From: Candidatus Falkowbacteria bacterium
Lineage (GTDB): Bacteria; Patescibacteriota; Patescibacteriia; Patescibacteriales; UBA12465
Assembly (NCBI GenBank): GCA_016432645.1
Contig: CP066698.1
Location: 837,062-901,061 of the forward strand
Length of the DNA: 64,000 nt
Direction of reading: 5' to 3'
Below the pieces are notes generated by a model that was given only the letters and a program-made list of their open reading frames with translations, ran no database searches and was not told the origin of the DNA. The position numbers and the translations under genes were made by a program. Of the stretch, positions 28,453 to 36,894 are shown one piece after another. Each line of letters starts with the position of its first letter. Within the stretch, counting starts at the first letter, position 1.

Positions 28453-30414
28453 ATGGCGGGTAATATAGCAGTTTTTGCGCAAACAAATTATCGCAATGAA
28501 TTGAAAAAATTCGGCATCAAAACTGACGACCGCCGCCGCCACATGTATTTGATTGGGAAAACTGGTATGGGCAAGTCCACGGTTTTGGAAAATATGATTG
28601 TAGATGATATCCGTAACGGTTATGGCGTAGCGGTTGTTGATCCGCACGGTGATTTGGCGGAAAAAATAATGGATTATATTCCCAATGACCGTCTTAAAGA
28701 TGTTGTCTATTTTAATCCTTCTGATATCAATTTTCCGATTGCCTTTAACGTTGTGGAGCAAGTTGAGCCGCATTTGCGGCACTTAGTCGCTTCTGGGTTG
28801 ATTGGCGTTTTTCAAAAATTATGGGCCGATTCTTGGGGGCCGCGCTTGGAATATATTTTAAGAAATGCAATTTTAGCGATTTTGGATTTTCCCGGTTCAA
28901 CGCTCTTAGGTGTTGTCCGCATGCTTTCCGATAAGGGTTATCGCAAACGCGTAGTTGCCAATATTACTGATCCGGTCGTGAAGGCATTTTGGGAAAAAGA
29001 ATTTTCCGGTTATGCCGACAAGTTTGCCTCAGAAGCAGTTTCACCTATTCAAAATAAAGTTGGACAGTTTTTGTCCAGCTCCTTGATGCGCAACATTATT
29101 GGTCAGGTTAAATCGGCGATTGATATTCGCGATATTATGGATAACGGCAAGATTTTAATTATGAATCTGTCTAAAGGCCGCATCGGTGAAGATAATTCCG
29201 CACTTTTAGGGGCAATGATGATTACTAAAATCCAGTTAGCGGCTATGAGCCGGGTTGATATTCCGGAAAAAGAGCGCCGTGATTTTTATTTATATATTGA
29301 TGAATTCCAAAATTTTTCCACCGATAGTTTTGCTAATATTTTATCGGAAGCGAGAAAATACCGTTTAAATTTAATTTTAGCGCACCAATATATTGAACAG
29401 TTGAGTGAAAAAGTTAAGCCGGCGGTTTTTGGCAACGTCGGAACTTTAGTTGTTTTTCGAGTTGGCGCGGCTGATGCGGAAGAGCTAGTCAAAGAGTTTA
29501 CCCCGACTTTTACCGAAGAGGATATTGTTAATCTGCCGAAATATGAAATGTATCTGAAGCTAATGATTGACGGGATTGCTTCGTCGCCGTTTTCTGCGAT
29601 TGGTTTACCGCCTTTAAGAATTGATGAACGCACCAATAACACGGAAAAAGTAATTAATTATTCGCGCGAGAAATATGCCAGTGATCGTGAGTCTGTAGAA
29701 GAAAAAATTATGCGCTGGCATGAGAGCTATGGGGAAGATGAAAAGTCAGCGCCTCGAGCCGACATTAGGATTCCAGCCCAGAATTTAGGAGCTAGTCCTA
29801 CTAATGTTTATAGCCCGGCAGTTCCTGTTTCAACTCAGTCTAGCGCTCCTTATCAAAATCAGACGCCCAGTAAGCCGATTTTGAAAGCGCCAAACGCTAA
29901 TTTTCCGGTTTCCCCGTTCAAAGAAAAATCCGGCTATGATGCCGTTTGTGCTAGCTGCGGCGTCGCTACTAAAATTGCCTTTATCCCTGATGGTATCCGC
30001 CCGGTTTATTGTAAGGACTGCTTAAGCAAGAAAAAAGAAGAAAAACGTTTGGAATTAGAAGCGCGCAAACAAGCCAAAGAAATAGAAAGAAAAGGTTTGG
30101 TAGAAGTAAAAGACGAACCAATATTTCAGCCTGAGGCCACCTTATCTTTAGGAGATTTAAATAAAATGGCCCCGGTTGATTTTAAGGGTCGAGTTATTAA
30201 AACCCCGGCTCCTAAAGAGACGTTAAGTTCTAAAGAGGCGCCAATTTTAAAACCGAGCCCCGCTAATTCTAGTCAGCTATCACCCGTAAATAAAAATTCA
30301 ACTGGCAGTAAAAACGACGGGTCGATTCCGGTAGCGGATATTGTCAGCGAGGTGAAGGCGGCTATCGGCCAAGAACAAGATTTGCCGGAAGGAGCCGATA
30401 TTATTATCAAATAA
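28453..30414 (+). CDS. TraD/VirD4 (type IV coupling protein)-like P-loop ATPase, soluble, with a C-terminal CxxC...CxxC zinc ribbon
   Basis: Walker A GKTGMGKST, Walker B FYLYIDEFQNF, and LILAHQY. There is no N-terminal TM segment. The tail is low-complexity and contains CASCGVATKIAFIPDGIRPVYCKDC followed by a K/E-rich segment. Confidence 0.75.
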   Translation: MAGNIAVFAQTNYRNELKKFGIKTDDRRRHMYLIGKTGMGKSTVLENMIVDDIRNGYGVAVVDPHGDLAEKIMDYIPNDRLKDVVYFNPSDINFPIAFNVVEQVEPHLRHLVASGLIGVFQKLWADSWGPRLEYILRNAILAILDFPGSTLLGVVRMLSDKGYRKRVVANITDPVVKAFWEKEFSGYADKFASEAVSPIQNKVGQFLSSSLMRNIIGQVKSAIDIRDIMDNGKILIMNLSKGRIGEDNSALLGAMMITKIQLAAMSRVDIPEKERRDFYLYIDEFQNFSTDSFANILSEARKYRLNLILAHQYIEQLSEKVKPAVFGNVGTLVVFRVGAADAEELVKEFTPTFTEEDIVNLPKYEMYLKLMIDGIASSPFSAIGLPPLRIDERTNNTEKVINYSREKYASDRESVEEKIMRWHESYGEDEKSAPRADIRIPAQNLGASPTNVYSPAVPVSTQSSAPYQNQTPSKPILKAPNANFPVSPFKEKSGYDAVCASCGVATKIAFIPDGIRPVYCKDCLSKKKEEKRLELEARKQAKEIERKGLVEVKDEPIFQPEATLSLGDLNKMAPVDFKGRVIKTPAPKETLSSKEAPILKPSPANSSQLSPVNKNSTGSKNDGSIPVADIVSEVKAAIGQEQDLPEGADIIIK

Positions 30415-30418
30415 GCTT

Positions 30419-30991
30419 ATGTATTTATTTTTTGATACCGAAACTACCGGGTTGCCTAAAAATTATCAAGCCCCGCTTGATGATTTTTCTAATTGGCCGC
30501 GCATTGTCCAAATTGCTTGGAGCTTATACGACTTTCATGGTAATCATTGGGGTAGTCAGAGTTTAATTATTAAACCAGACGGGTTTGTGATTTCCGAAGA
30601 GGTAGCTAAAATTCATCGAGTTACCCAAGAGCGCGCTGAAAAAGAAGGCGTCCCTTTAAAAGAAGCCCTAGAGAAGTTTTCTGAAGACGTAAAACGTTCT
30701 ACCTATTTGGTCGCTCACAATATTGATTTTGATGAAAAAATCGTGGGGGCGGAATTTTTGCGTTTGAAGATGGAAAACCATGTCGCGCCGGCTAATAAGA
30801 TTTGTACGATGAAGAGAACCGCAGATGTTTGTCGTTTTCCTAACGGCCGCGGCGGCTACAAGTGGCCCAATCTAACTCAGCTTTATACTTTTTTATTTAA
30901 CACCGGCTTTCCGGAGGCGCACGATGCTTTAGTTGATGTTAAAGCTTGCGCAGATTGCTTTTTTGAGCTAAAAAGAAGAAGTCTGATTTAG
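30419..30991 (+). CDS. DEDDh 3'-5' exonuclease (DnaQ-like)
   Basis: Exo I FFDTETTGLP, Exo II AHNIDFDEKIV, Exo III HDALVDVKAC. Confidence 0.8.
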   Translation: MYLFFDTETTGLPKNYQAPLDDFSNWPRIVQIAWSLYDFHGNHWGSQSLIIKPDGFVISEEVAKIHRVTQERAEKEGVPLKEALEKFSEDVKRSTYLVAHNIDFDEKIVGAEFLRLKMENHVAPANKICTMKRTADVCRFPNGRGGYKWPNLTQLYTFLFNTGFPEAHDALVDVKACADCFFELKRRSLI

Positions 30992-31007
30992 AAATAATCT
31001 AGGCTAT

Positions 31008-32606
31008 ATGGATAAAGATGACTACTATTTACGAGTGGGCAAGGCCACTGATTTACAGGGGCGCGACTATAAAATTTATCGAATATTAGAGATTTTACCT
31101 GGGTTTTTATCAATTGCCACCTTGGTGATTTTGGTAATTTTTTCTTATTTTAAGCCAGTTTTTGTGGCTTATTTTATTATTGCTTTTGACGTTTATTGGC
31201 TGCTTTTGGTCATTTATATGGCCATTTTTTTAATCACTTCCTATCGTAATTTAAAAAAAGGCCTAAAAACAGATTGGCAGAAAAAGTGCGCTAATTTAGC
31301 CGCCGGACTTTACGAGCCGGGCGAAGCGCCCGAAGGCTCCTTAGCGCGCTCCGGCCTTAAATGGGATGATGTTTGGCACTTAATAGTTTTACCTACTTAT
31401 AATGAAGATTTAGAAATAATTCGTTCCTGTCTGTTGGCTATAAAAAATGACGGCTTTCCAACCGATAAGATAATTATTGCACTCGCTTTTGAAGAACGAG
31501 CCGGCGTGAGCGCCCATGAAAAGGCCGCCGCAATTGAACAAGAATTTAAAAATCAATTCGGGCGCTTGGAAATCGTTTTTCATCCGGATGGAATTGGAGG
31601 CGAGCTCAAAGGCAAGGGGTCCAATCAAGCCTGGTGCGTTAAGCAGATAAAAACCACCTTAATTGATAAAGAAGGTTTTGATTATAATAAAATATTAGTC
31701 AGCGTGTTTGATATTGATACTATTGTGCGCCCAGGATATTTTTTTGCTTTGACTTATAAGTTTTTAAGCGTGGCCGATCCTTATCATGCTAGTTACCAGC
31801 CGATTCCGGTATATCATAACAATGTTTGGAGCGCGCCGTTTTTTTCACGCGTGGCCGCTTCTTCCAATACCTTCTGGCAGATGATTATGCAAGTTCGCCA
31901 AGAGAGCCTGGTAACTTATTCTTCCCATTCCATGACTTTCAAGGCGCTCAATGAAATCGGTTTTTGGGGTCCGAAAAATGTGAGCGAAGATTCTCGGATT
32001 TTTTGGCATTGTTTAATGTTTTACAATGGCCATTATCGAGTCGAGCCGATTTATTTTGATGTCTCAATGGATGTGACTTGCGATCAAAATTTCAAGCTTA
32101 CGGCCCGCAGTCTTTATAAACAACAGCGACGCTGGGCTTGGGGAGGGGAAAATATTCCTTATTTGATTTTTAATGCCAGCAAGCGCTGGAAAAATAAAGA
32201 TTTAGATAAAGGCATGATTATCGGTCATATTTTAATTCAGATTTATGGTTTTCATGCTTGGGCGACCAATGCCTTGATTATTGCGGTTGTTGGTTGGATG
32301 CCGATGCTGCTGGGTGGCGATCGTTTTAATTCCACCGTTCTCTCAAGCAATTTGCCGGCCATTACTCAGAATCTGATGAATATTGCGATGGTTGGCTTGA
32401 TTTTGTCAGCCGTAGTTTCATCTTTATTATTACCAAAACGTCCGGAAAAATATTCAGTTTGGAAGAATATTAGAATGATTTTAGAATGGTTGCTGGTTCC
32501 GATTGTGATTGTTATTTTCGGTTCAATTCCATGTTTGGAGGCGCAGATTAGATTGATGTTTGGCCGTTATATGGGATTTTGGGTAACGCCGAAATCAAGA
32601 AATTAA
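31008..32606 (+). CDS. Family 2 glycosyltransferase, membrane-integrated processive synthase type
   Basis: Flanking TM helices, a GT-A core (VLPTYNED, FDIDT), and the QxxRW motif in YKQQRRWAWGG. Confidence 0.8.
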   Translation: MDKDDYYLRVGKATDLQGRDYKIYRILEILPGFLSIATLVILVIFSYFKPVFVAYFIIAFDVYWLLLVIYMAIFLITSYRNLKKGLKTDWQKKCANLAAGLYEPGEAPEGSLARSGLKWDDVWHLIVLPTYNEDLEIIRSCLLAIKNDGFPTDKIIIALAFEERAGVSAHEKAAAIEQEFKNQFGRLEIVFHPDGIGGELKGKGSNQAWCVKQIKTTLIDKEGFDYNKILVSVFDIDTIVRPGYFFALTYKFLSVADPYHASYQPIPVYHNNVWSAPFFSRVAASSNTFWQMIMQVRQESLVTYSSHSMTFKALNEIGFWGPKNVSEDSRIFWHCLMFYNGHYRVEPIYFDVSMDVTCDQNFKLTARSLYKQQRRWAWGGENIPYLIFNASKRWKNKDLDKGMIIGHILIQIYGFHAWATNALIIAVVGWMPMLLGGDRFNSTVLSSNLPAITQNLMNIAMVGLILSAVVSSLLLPKRPEKYSVWKNIRMILEWLLVPIVIVIFGSIPCLEAQIRLMFGRYMGFWVTPKSRN

Positions 32607-32646
32607 TTCTTTGGCAACACTTCGCGGCTATGTTATAATAAAATAC

Positions 32647-33081
32647 ATGGCTCTCGATAAAATAAAGCCGCGCGGCTTCCATGCCGACCAAGCGGATCAT
32701 CATAACAATATTTTTTATCGCTTATTTTCTAATCAGCGTTTTTTGGCGATTGTCGGCCTGGTTTTATTGTTATTAATTATTTTGCCGCTAGCGCGGACTT
32801 ATAGCCAAAAACGGGTGATTGAGAATGAAATTAGCGGTGTGCAGCAGGAAATTGCTCAATTTGAAAAAGATAATCAAGAGCTGAAAGAAATGTTAAGCTA
32901 TTTGCAATCAGACCAATCGCTGGAGGCGCAAGCCAGAATGAACCTCAATTTAAAAAAACCGGGTGAAACGGTCGTGGTGATTGAGAATCAAGAAGAAGTA
33001 AAAAATTCGGACGATGTCCAAAATAATCAAGAAGAAATCAGCAATCTTAAAAAATGGTTTAATTATTTTTTCAGCAGCTGA
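32647..33081 (+). CDS. Septum formation initiator (FtsB/DivIC-like) protein
   Basis: A single TM helix (FLAIVGLVLLLLIILPL) followed by a coiled coil (ENEISGVQQEIAQFEKDNQELKEMLSYLQ) and the PGE motif. The start is moved to ATG 32647, downstream of TATAAT (32634-32639). Confidence 0.6.
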   Translation: MALDKIKPRGFHADQADHHNNIFYRLFSNQRFLAIVGLVLLLLIILPLARTYSQKRVIENEISGVQQEIAQFEKDNQELKEMLSYLQSDQSLEAQARMNLNLKKPGETVVVIENQEEVKNSDDVQNNQEEISNLKKWFNYFFSS

Positions 33082-33102
33082 TTGTTGTTTGTAGTTTTAA
33101 AT

Positions 33103-33178
33103 TGGAGCCGAGAATGGGGATCGAACCCACGACCTACGGTTTACGATACCGCCGCTCTACCAGCTGAGCTATCTCGGC
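33103..33178 (-). tRNA. tRNA-Thr (anticodon CGU), CCA encoded
   Basis: The reverse complement folds as a cloverleaf: acceptor GCCGAGA/TCTCGGC, D arm GCTC-AGCTGGTA-GAGC, anticodon stem GCGGT/ACCGT with loop ATCGTAA, T arm GTGGG-TTCGATC-CCCAT, and a T-CCA 3' end. Confidence 0.9.
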
Positions 33179-33188
33179 GAACTAAGGG

Positions 33189-33260
33189 AGCGGGTGAGCG
33201 GAATCGAACCGCCTTCTTCAGCTTGGGAAGCTGACATAATAACCGTTATACGACACCCGC
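33189..33260 (-). tRNA. tRNA-Gly (anticodon CCC), CCA not encoded
   Basis: The reverse complement has acceptor GCGGGTG/CACCCGC, anticodon stem TCAGC/GCTGA with loop TTCCCAA, and T arm GGCGG-TTCGATT-CCGCT. Confidence 0.85.
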
Positions 33261-33342
33261 GTTCGTCTTAACGCCGAAAAACGGCGCAAATACATTATAA
33301 ACTTAAACAACATTTTTAGTCAATTAAACTTTTGTCAGTCTT

Positions 33343-34836
33343 ATGCTTAAAAAAAGTAAATTTATTGTCGTTATCGCTCTCCTCGCTGTTAGTTTTCCTT
33401 TGTCGCCGCTGGCGGCCGCTAGCGGTATTAATTTTGAGCGTCACCCGCTCGCTTTTACCGTTGAACCAACTTTAAATATTTCTGAAAATTCAGAAAAATT
33501 CCGCATTCCTTGGGAGTGGGAAGCGCTCACGCCCTCCTATCAATATTCATTTGTCGGCTCCGGCCTCTATGATCCTAGCCGGCCGATGACTGTTAAAATA
33601 AATTATCCTCAAAAAAATAATCAGTTAAAACAGATTTTTTCTTATGATTTCTTATCAGGCGTTTGGCGTCCGGTTCCGACTAAAGATTATCCGGCTGAAC
33701 AATACGCGACCATGACGACCGACGCGACTTCCGGCTGGCTGATTGTTTTAGCCAAGCCTGAAGTGATGACGGTCGGGAAAGCCAGCTGGTACAAATATAA
33801 AGAAGGTTTGTTTGCCGCTTCGCCTGACTTTATTAAAGGCACTAAATTGCGCGTGTACAATACGGATAATAATAAATTTGTTGATGTTACTATTAATGAC
33901 TATGGTCCGGATAGAGCTAAACATCCCGATCGAGTTATCGATTTAGACCGGGTGGCCTTTGAAAAAATAGCCTCTTTAAATGCCGGGATAATAAATGTTC
34001 GAATTGAAGTTTTGAAAAATGAAGCTGCCGCTAAGCCGGTTGCTCAGCAATTAACTGATGTTCCTAATATTACCGCCTCCTCTTCAATAATTATGATGGA
34101 AGACAGCGGCGAAGTGATTTGGGGAAAGAATCAAAATGATAAGGCGCCGCTTGCCAGCCTGACAAAGCTAGTCGCCATCACTACTTTTTTAAATACTAAG
34201 CCAACCTTGTCATCGGTGGTAACTTATAAGAAGCAGGATGAAAATTATAATTATGAATATTGCAAGCCTTGGGAGTCGGCACGCCTGCGAGTTGATGAAG
34301 GGGAAACGATGACAGTTGAAGATTTGATTTATAGCGCGCTTGTCGGTTCAGCTAATAATGCCGTAGAGTCTTTGGTGCGTGTGAGCGGATTGAAGCGTGA
34401 AGACTTTATTGCCAATATGAATAAGCTGGCTCAAGATTGGGGCGCAACGAACACCAAATTTGTAGAACCCACCGGTTTGTCGCCTGACAATGTGAGTTCT
34501 CCGTCCGATTATGCTATAATGGTAAAAGAGATATTTAAAAATCCGTTGATTCAAAAAATAAGCACTGCCAAGACTTATTCTTTTACGACCATCAATACCA
34601 AAGAGCTGCATAAGCTCACCAATACCGACCAGCTATTAAAAAATTCCGCTTATAATATTTTAGGTTCTAAAACTGGTTATCTTGATGAAGCCGGATATTG
34701 TTTAATGACCCGAGTCAAAACCGCTGCCGGAAATATGATTGTCGTCAATTTTGGCTCTAAGAGTAAAGCGGATAATTTTTCCGATAATGAACAGCTTATT
34801 CGCTATGGCTTAAAAGCCGTCAACGCTCAAAAATAA
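33343..34836 (+). CDS. Secreted fusion of an RlpA-like DPBB domain and a D-alanyl-D-alanine carboxypeptidase (S11)
   Basis: Signal peptide, then a DPBB segment GKASWYKYKEGLFAASPDFIKGTKLRVYNTDNNKFVDVTINDYGP. The penicillin-binding motifs are SLTK (SxxK), SANN (SxN) and KTGY (KTG). Confidence 0.85.
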   Translation: MLKKSKFIVVIALLAVSFPLSPLAAASGINFERHPLAFTVEPTLNISENSEKFRIPWEWEALTPSYQYSFVGSGLYDPSRPMTVKINYPQKNNQLKQIFSYDFLSGVWRPVPTKDYPAEQYATMTTDATSGWLIVLAKPEVMTVGKASWYKYKEGLFAASPDFIKGTKLRVYNTDNNKFVDVTINDYGPDRAKHPDRVIDLDRVAFEKIASLNAGIINVRIEVLKNEAAAKPVAQQLTDVPNITASSSIIMMEDSGEVIWGKNQNDKAPLASLTKLVAITTFLNTKPTLSSVVTYKKQDENYNYEYCKPWESARLRVDEGETMTVEDLIYSALVGSANNAVESLVRVSGLKREDFIANMNKLAQDWGATNTKFVEPTGLSPDNVSSPSDYAIMVKEIFKNPLIQKISTAKTYSFTTINTKELHKLTNTDQLLKNSAYNILGSKTGYLDEAGYCLMTRVKTAAGNMIVVNFGSKSKADNFSDNEQLIRYGLKAVNAQK

Positions 34837-34841
34837 TCTTT

Positions 34842-35522
34842 ATGATTACTATTAAAAATGCCTCTAAGGCCTATGGTAAGCAAGCCAAGGTTTTAGATGA
34901 TATTAATTTAAGCATTAATCCCGGCGAGTTTGTGTCGATTGTCGGGCAATCAGGCGCTGGTAAAACGACTCTAGTTAAGATTTTAATTGGCGAAGAGCGG
35001 GTTGATAGTGGCCAAGTGGTTGCCGGCGATTGGGATATTACTAAAATTTCGCGCCGCGAGATTCCTTTTTTGCGCCGCCAGATTGGTGTTATTTTTCAAG
35101 ATTTTAAATTATTGCCAAAAAAAACCTTGGCAGAAAATGTCGCCTTTGCTTTAGAAGTTTCCGGCGGTACTCCGGCCAAGATAAATAAAATTGTACCGAG
35201 CGTCATGAAGATTGTCGGCTTGGAAGATAAAAAAGGGCGTTATCCCAATGAAGTCTCGGGCGGCGAAAAACAACGGGCGGCTATTGCGCGCGCCTTGGTT
35301 CATCAGCCCAAAATTTTATTAGCCGATGAGCCGACCGGTAATTTGGACGCGATTAACGCTAATGAAATTATTGATTTGCTTTTAAGAATAAATAAATTCG
35401 GAACCACCGTTATTTTAGTAACGCATAATAAAGAAATTGTTAACTACCTTAACCGCCGGGTGGTTACGATGGAACACGGACGGATAATTAGCGACCAAGA
35501 AAAGGGTAAATATTTATTATAA
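34842..35522 (+). CDS. ftsE: Cell division ABC ATPase FtsE
   Basis: Walker A GQSGAGKTT, signature SGGEKQR, Walker B LLADEPTGNLD. It is paired with ftsX. Confidence 0.9.
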   Translation: MITIKNASKAYGKQAKVLDDINLSINPGEFVSIVGQSGAGKTTLVKILIGEERVDSGQVVAGDWDITKISRREIPFLRRQIGVIFQDFKLLPKKTLAENVAFALEVSGGTPAKINKIVPSVMKIVGLEDKKGRYPNEVSGGEKQRAAIARALVHQPKILLADEPTGNLDAINANEIIDLLLRINKFGTTVILVTHNKEIVNYLNRRVVTMEHGRIISDQEKGKYLL

Positions 35523-35537
35523 TAAGCTTCAACTAAG

Positions 35538-36446
35538 ATGTTATCTTTATTTCGCATTATAAAATTTAGTTTTCAGGATATCGCCCGCAACGTTTGGCTC
35601 TCTATCGCTACCATTACCATTTTATTGCTCGCGCTTTTTTCTATTAATACTTTAATGACCGTGCGGGTCATTAGCGATAGCGCTTCGCAAGCAGTTCAAG
35701 AAAAGATTGATATTAGTCTATACATCAAGCCAGAAACCCCGGAAGCGGATATTATGTCTCTGAAAAGTAAAATAGAGTCATCCCCCCGTGTTAAAAATAT
35801 TGTTTATATTTCTAAAGAAAGCGCGCTTGCCAATTTTCGCGATAAATATAAAAATAACCAAGAAGTTTTAGCGGCTTTGAAGGAATTGGGGCGCAACCCG
35901 TTATCGCCCAGCCTAACAATTGTTCCTAGTAATTTTGCCGAGTCAAACCTGTTAATTAATGAGTTAAAAATGCTGGATAGCCAGATTATTGAATCTCGAG
36001 ATTTTGCTGATAATGCTATTATCTTAAATAAGATTAACAGCATCACCGACCGAGTGAATGAAGTAGGCTTATTTATTATTGCTATTTTTATTCTGACAAG
36101 TTTGCTAGTGGTTTATAATACGGTTAGGGTAGCGATTTATACTCATCGCCAAGAAATTGAAATTATGCGCCTGGTGGGAGCTTCCTACTCTTTTATTTAT
36201 CTCCCCTACGTTGTTTCCGCTTTTGTTTATACGCTCCTGAGCATCATGATAATAATCGCTATTTTTTATCCGTTTTTAACATTATTACAGCCGTATCTGG
36301 AAGTATTTTTCATGGGCTACAATGTCAATATCTTGTCATATTTCATCAATAATTTTTGGCAGGTTTTTGGCCTACAATTTTTAGTAATTTTAGCCATTAA
36401 TATTTTTGCCAGCCTGTTTGCCGTTCGGCGTTATGCTAAAGTTTAA
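35538..36446 (+). CDS. ftsX: Cell division permease-like protein FtsX
   Basis: An N-terminal TM helix, an extracytoplasmic domain, and a C-terminal 3-TM FtsX domain (EIEIMRLVGASYSFI). Confidence 0.85.
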   Translation: MLSLFRIIKFSFQDIARNVWLSIATITILLLALFSINTLMTVRVISDSASQAVQEKIDISLYIKPETPEADIMSLKSKIESSPRVKNIVYISKESALANFRDKYKNNQEVLAALKELGRNPLSPSLTIVPSNFAESNLLINELKMLDSQIIESRDFADNAIILNKINSITDRVNEVGLFIIAIFILTSLLVVYNTVRVAIYTHRQEIEIMRLVGASYSFIYLPYVVSAFVYTLLSIMIIIAIFYPFLTLLQPYLEVFFMGYNVNILSYFINNFWQVFGLQFLVILAINIFASLFAVRRYAKV

Positions 36447-36495
36447 GGGTTAATTAGTTTAAAGTTAGAGATATTTGACTTTTTGTTTAATTATT

Positions 36496-36520
36496 AATAT
36501 CCTTATCAAGAGGATATTTT
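36496..36520 (+). terminator. Candidate terminator after ftsX
   Basis: Stem AATATCCT (36496-36503), loop TATCAAG, stem AGGATATT (36511-36518), short T-run. Confidence 0.45.
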
Positions 36521-36543
36521 GATTTACAATTTATATTCCAAAT

Positions 36544-36614
36544 TCGGGGATCGTCTAATGGTAGGACTCCAGGTTTTGGTCCTGGCTATCGAGGTTCGAA
36601 TCCTTGTCCCCGAG
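36544..36614 (+). tRNA. tRNA-Gln (anticodon UUG), CCA not encoded
   Basis: Acceptor TCGGGGA/TCCCCGA, with the U1-A72 pair and G73 discriminator typical of bacterial tRNA-Gln. D arm GTCT-AATGGTA-GGAC, anticodon stem CCAGG/CCTGG with loop TTTTGGT, T arm CGAGG-TTCGAAT-CCTTG. Confidence 0.9.
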
Positions 36615-36656
36615 CAATACAAAAAAGAACAGATTAATCTGTTCTTTTTTGTATTG
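36615..36656. terminator. Perfect 42-nt palindrome / terminator directly after tRNA-Gln
   Basis: CAATACAAAAAAGAACAGATT (36615-36635) is the exact reverse complement of AATCTGTTCTTTTTTGTATTG (36636-36656). The arms contain A- and T-runs. Confidence 0.75.
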
Positions 36657-36670
36657 TTTGCGAAGCAAAG

Positions 36671-36824
36671 AGGGATTTGAACAGGTTGGAAGCGAGACGC
36701 GAGTTGAGGCGGAAGCCGAGACGAGCGGACGAGCGTCGAACGAAGCTCCGGGGGAGCTTCGGGTGCCAACCCAGGACAAGTGAGCCTCGCCCATTCCGGG
36801 GCGAGGCGAGGGCGATAAATCCCT
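36671..36824 (+). ncRNA. Candidate structured GC-rich RNA element (unclassified)
   Basis: Closing helix AGGGATTT (36671-36678) / AAATCCCT (36817-36824). Internal helices are GACGC (36696-36700) / GCGTC (36733-36737), which encloses GGC-GGAA-GCC (36708-36717); CGAAGCTCC (36741-36749) / GGAGCTTCG (36753-36761); and GCCTCGCC (36784-36791) / GGCGAGGC (36800-36807). One line spot-counts at about 67% GC. Strand and function are not established. Confidence 0.3.
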
Positions 36825-36880
36825 GTCCCCGAGCAAATAGACAAGAATACCACTTTCGTGGTATTTTTGTTATATAAATA
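36807..36880 (+). repeat. Repeat copy B: tRNA-Gln 3'-end-like core + hairpin + TATAAAT box
   Basis: CGAGGGCGATAAATCCCTGTCCCCGAGCAAATAGACAAGAATACCACTTTCGTGGTATTTTTGTTATATAAATA. The core aligns to the tRNA-Gln T arm and acceptor 3' strand (CGAGGTTCGAATCCTTGTCCCCGAGCAA). The hairpin is AATACCAC (36846-36853) / GTGGTATT (36858-36865). Confidence 0.8.
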
Positions 36881-36894
36881 TAAAGTTTAATTTT

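Noticed and set aside
36544-36835. tmRNA (ssrA), or a tRNA with an intervening sequence, spanning the tRNA-Gln 5' end to the second TCCCCGAGCA
   Set aside because: The first 71 nt already form a complete canonical tRNA-Gln with its own acceptor 3' strand. I found no resume codon or tag reading frame ending in a hydrophobic Ala-rich tail. tmRNA pseudoknot signatures are absent.
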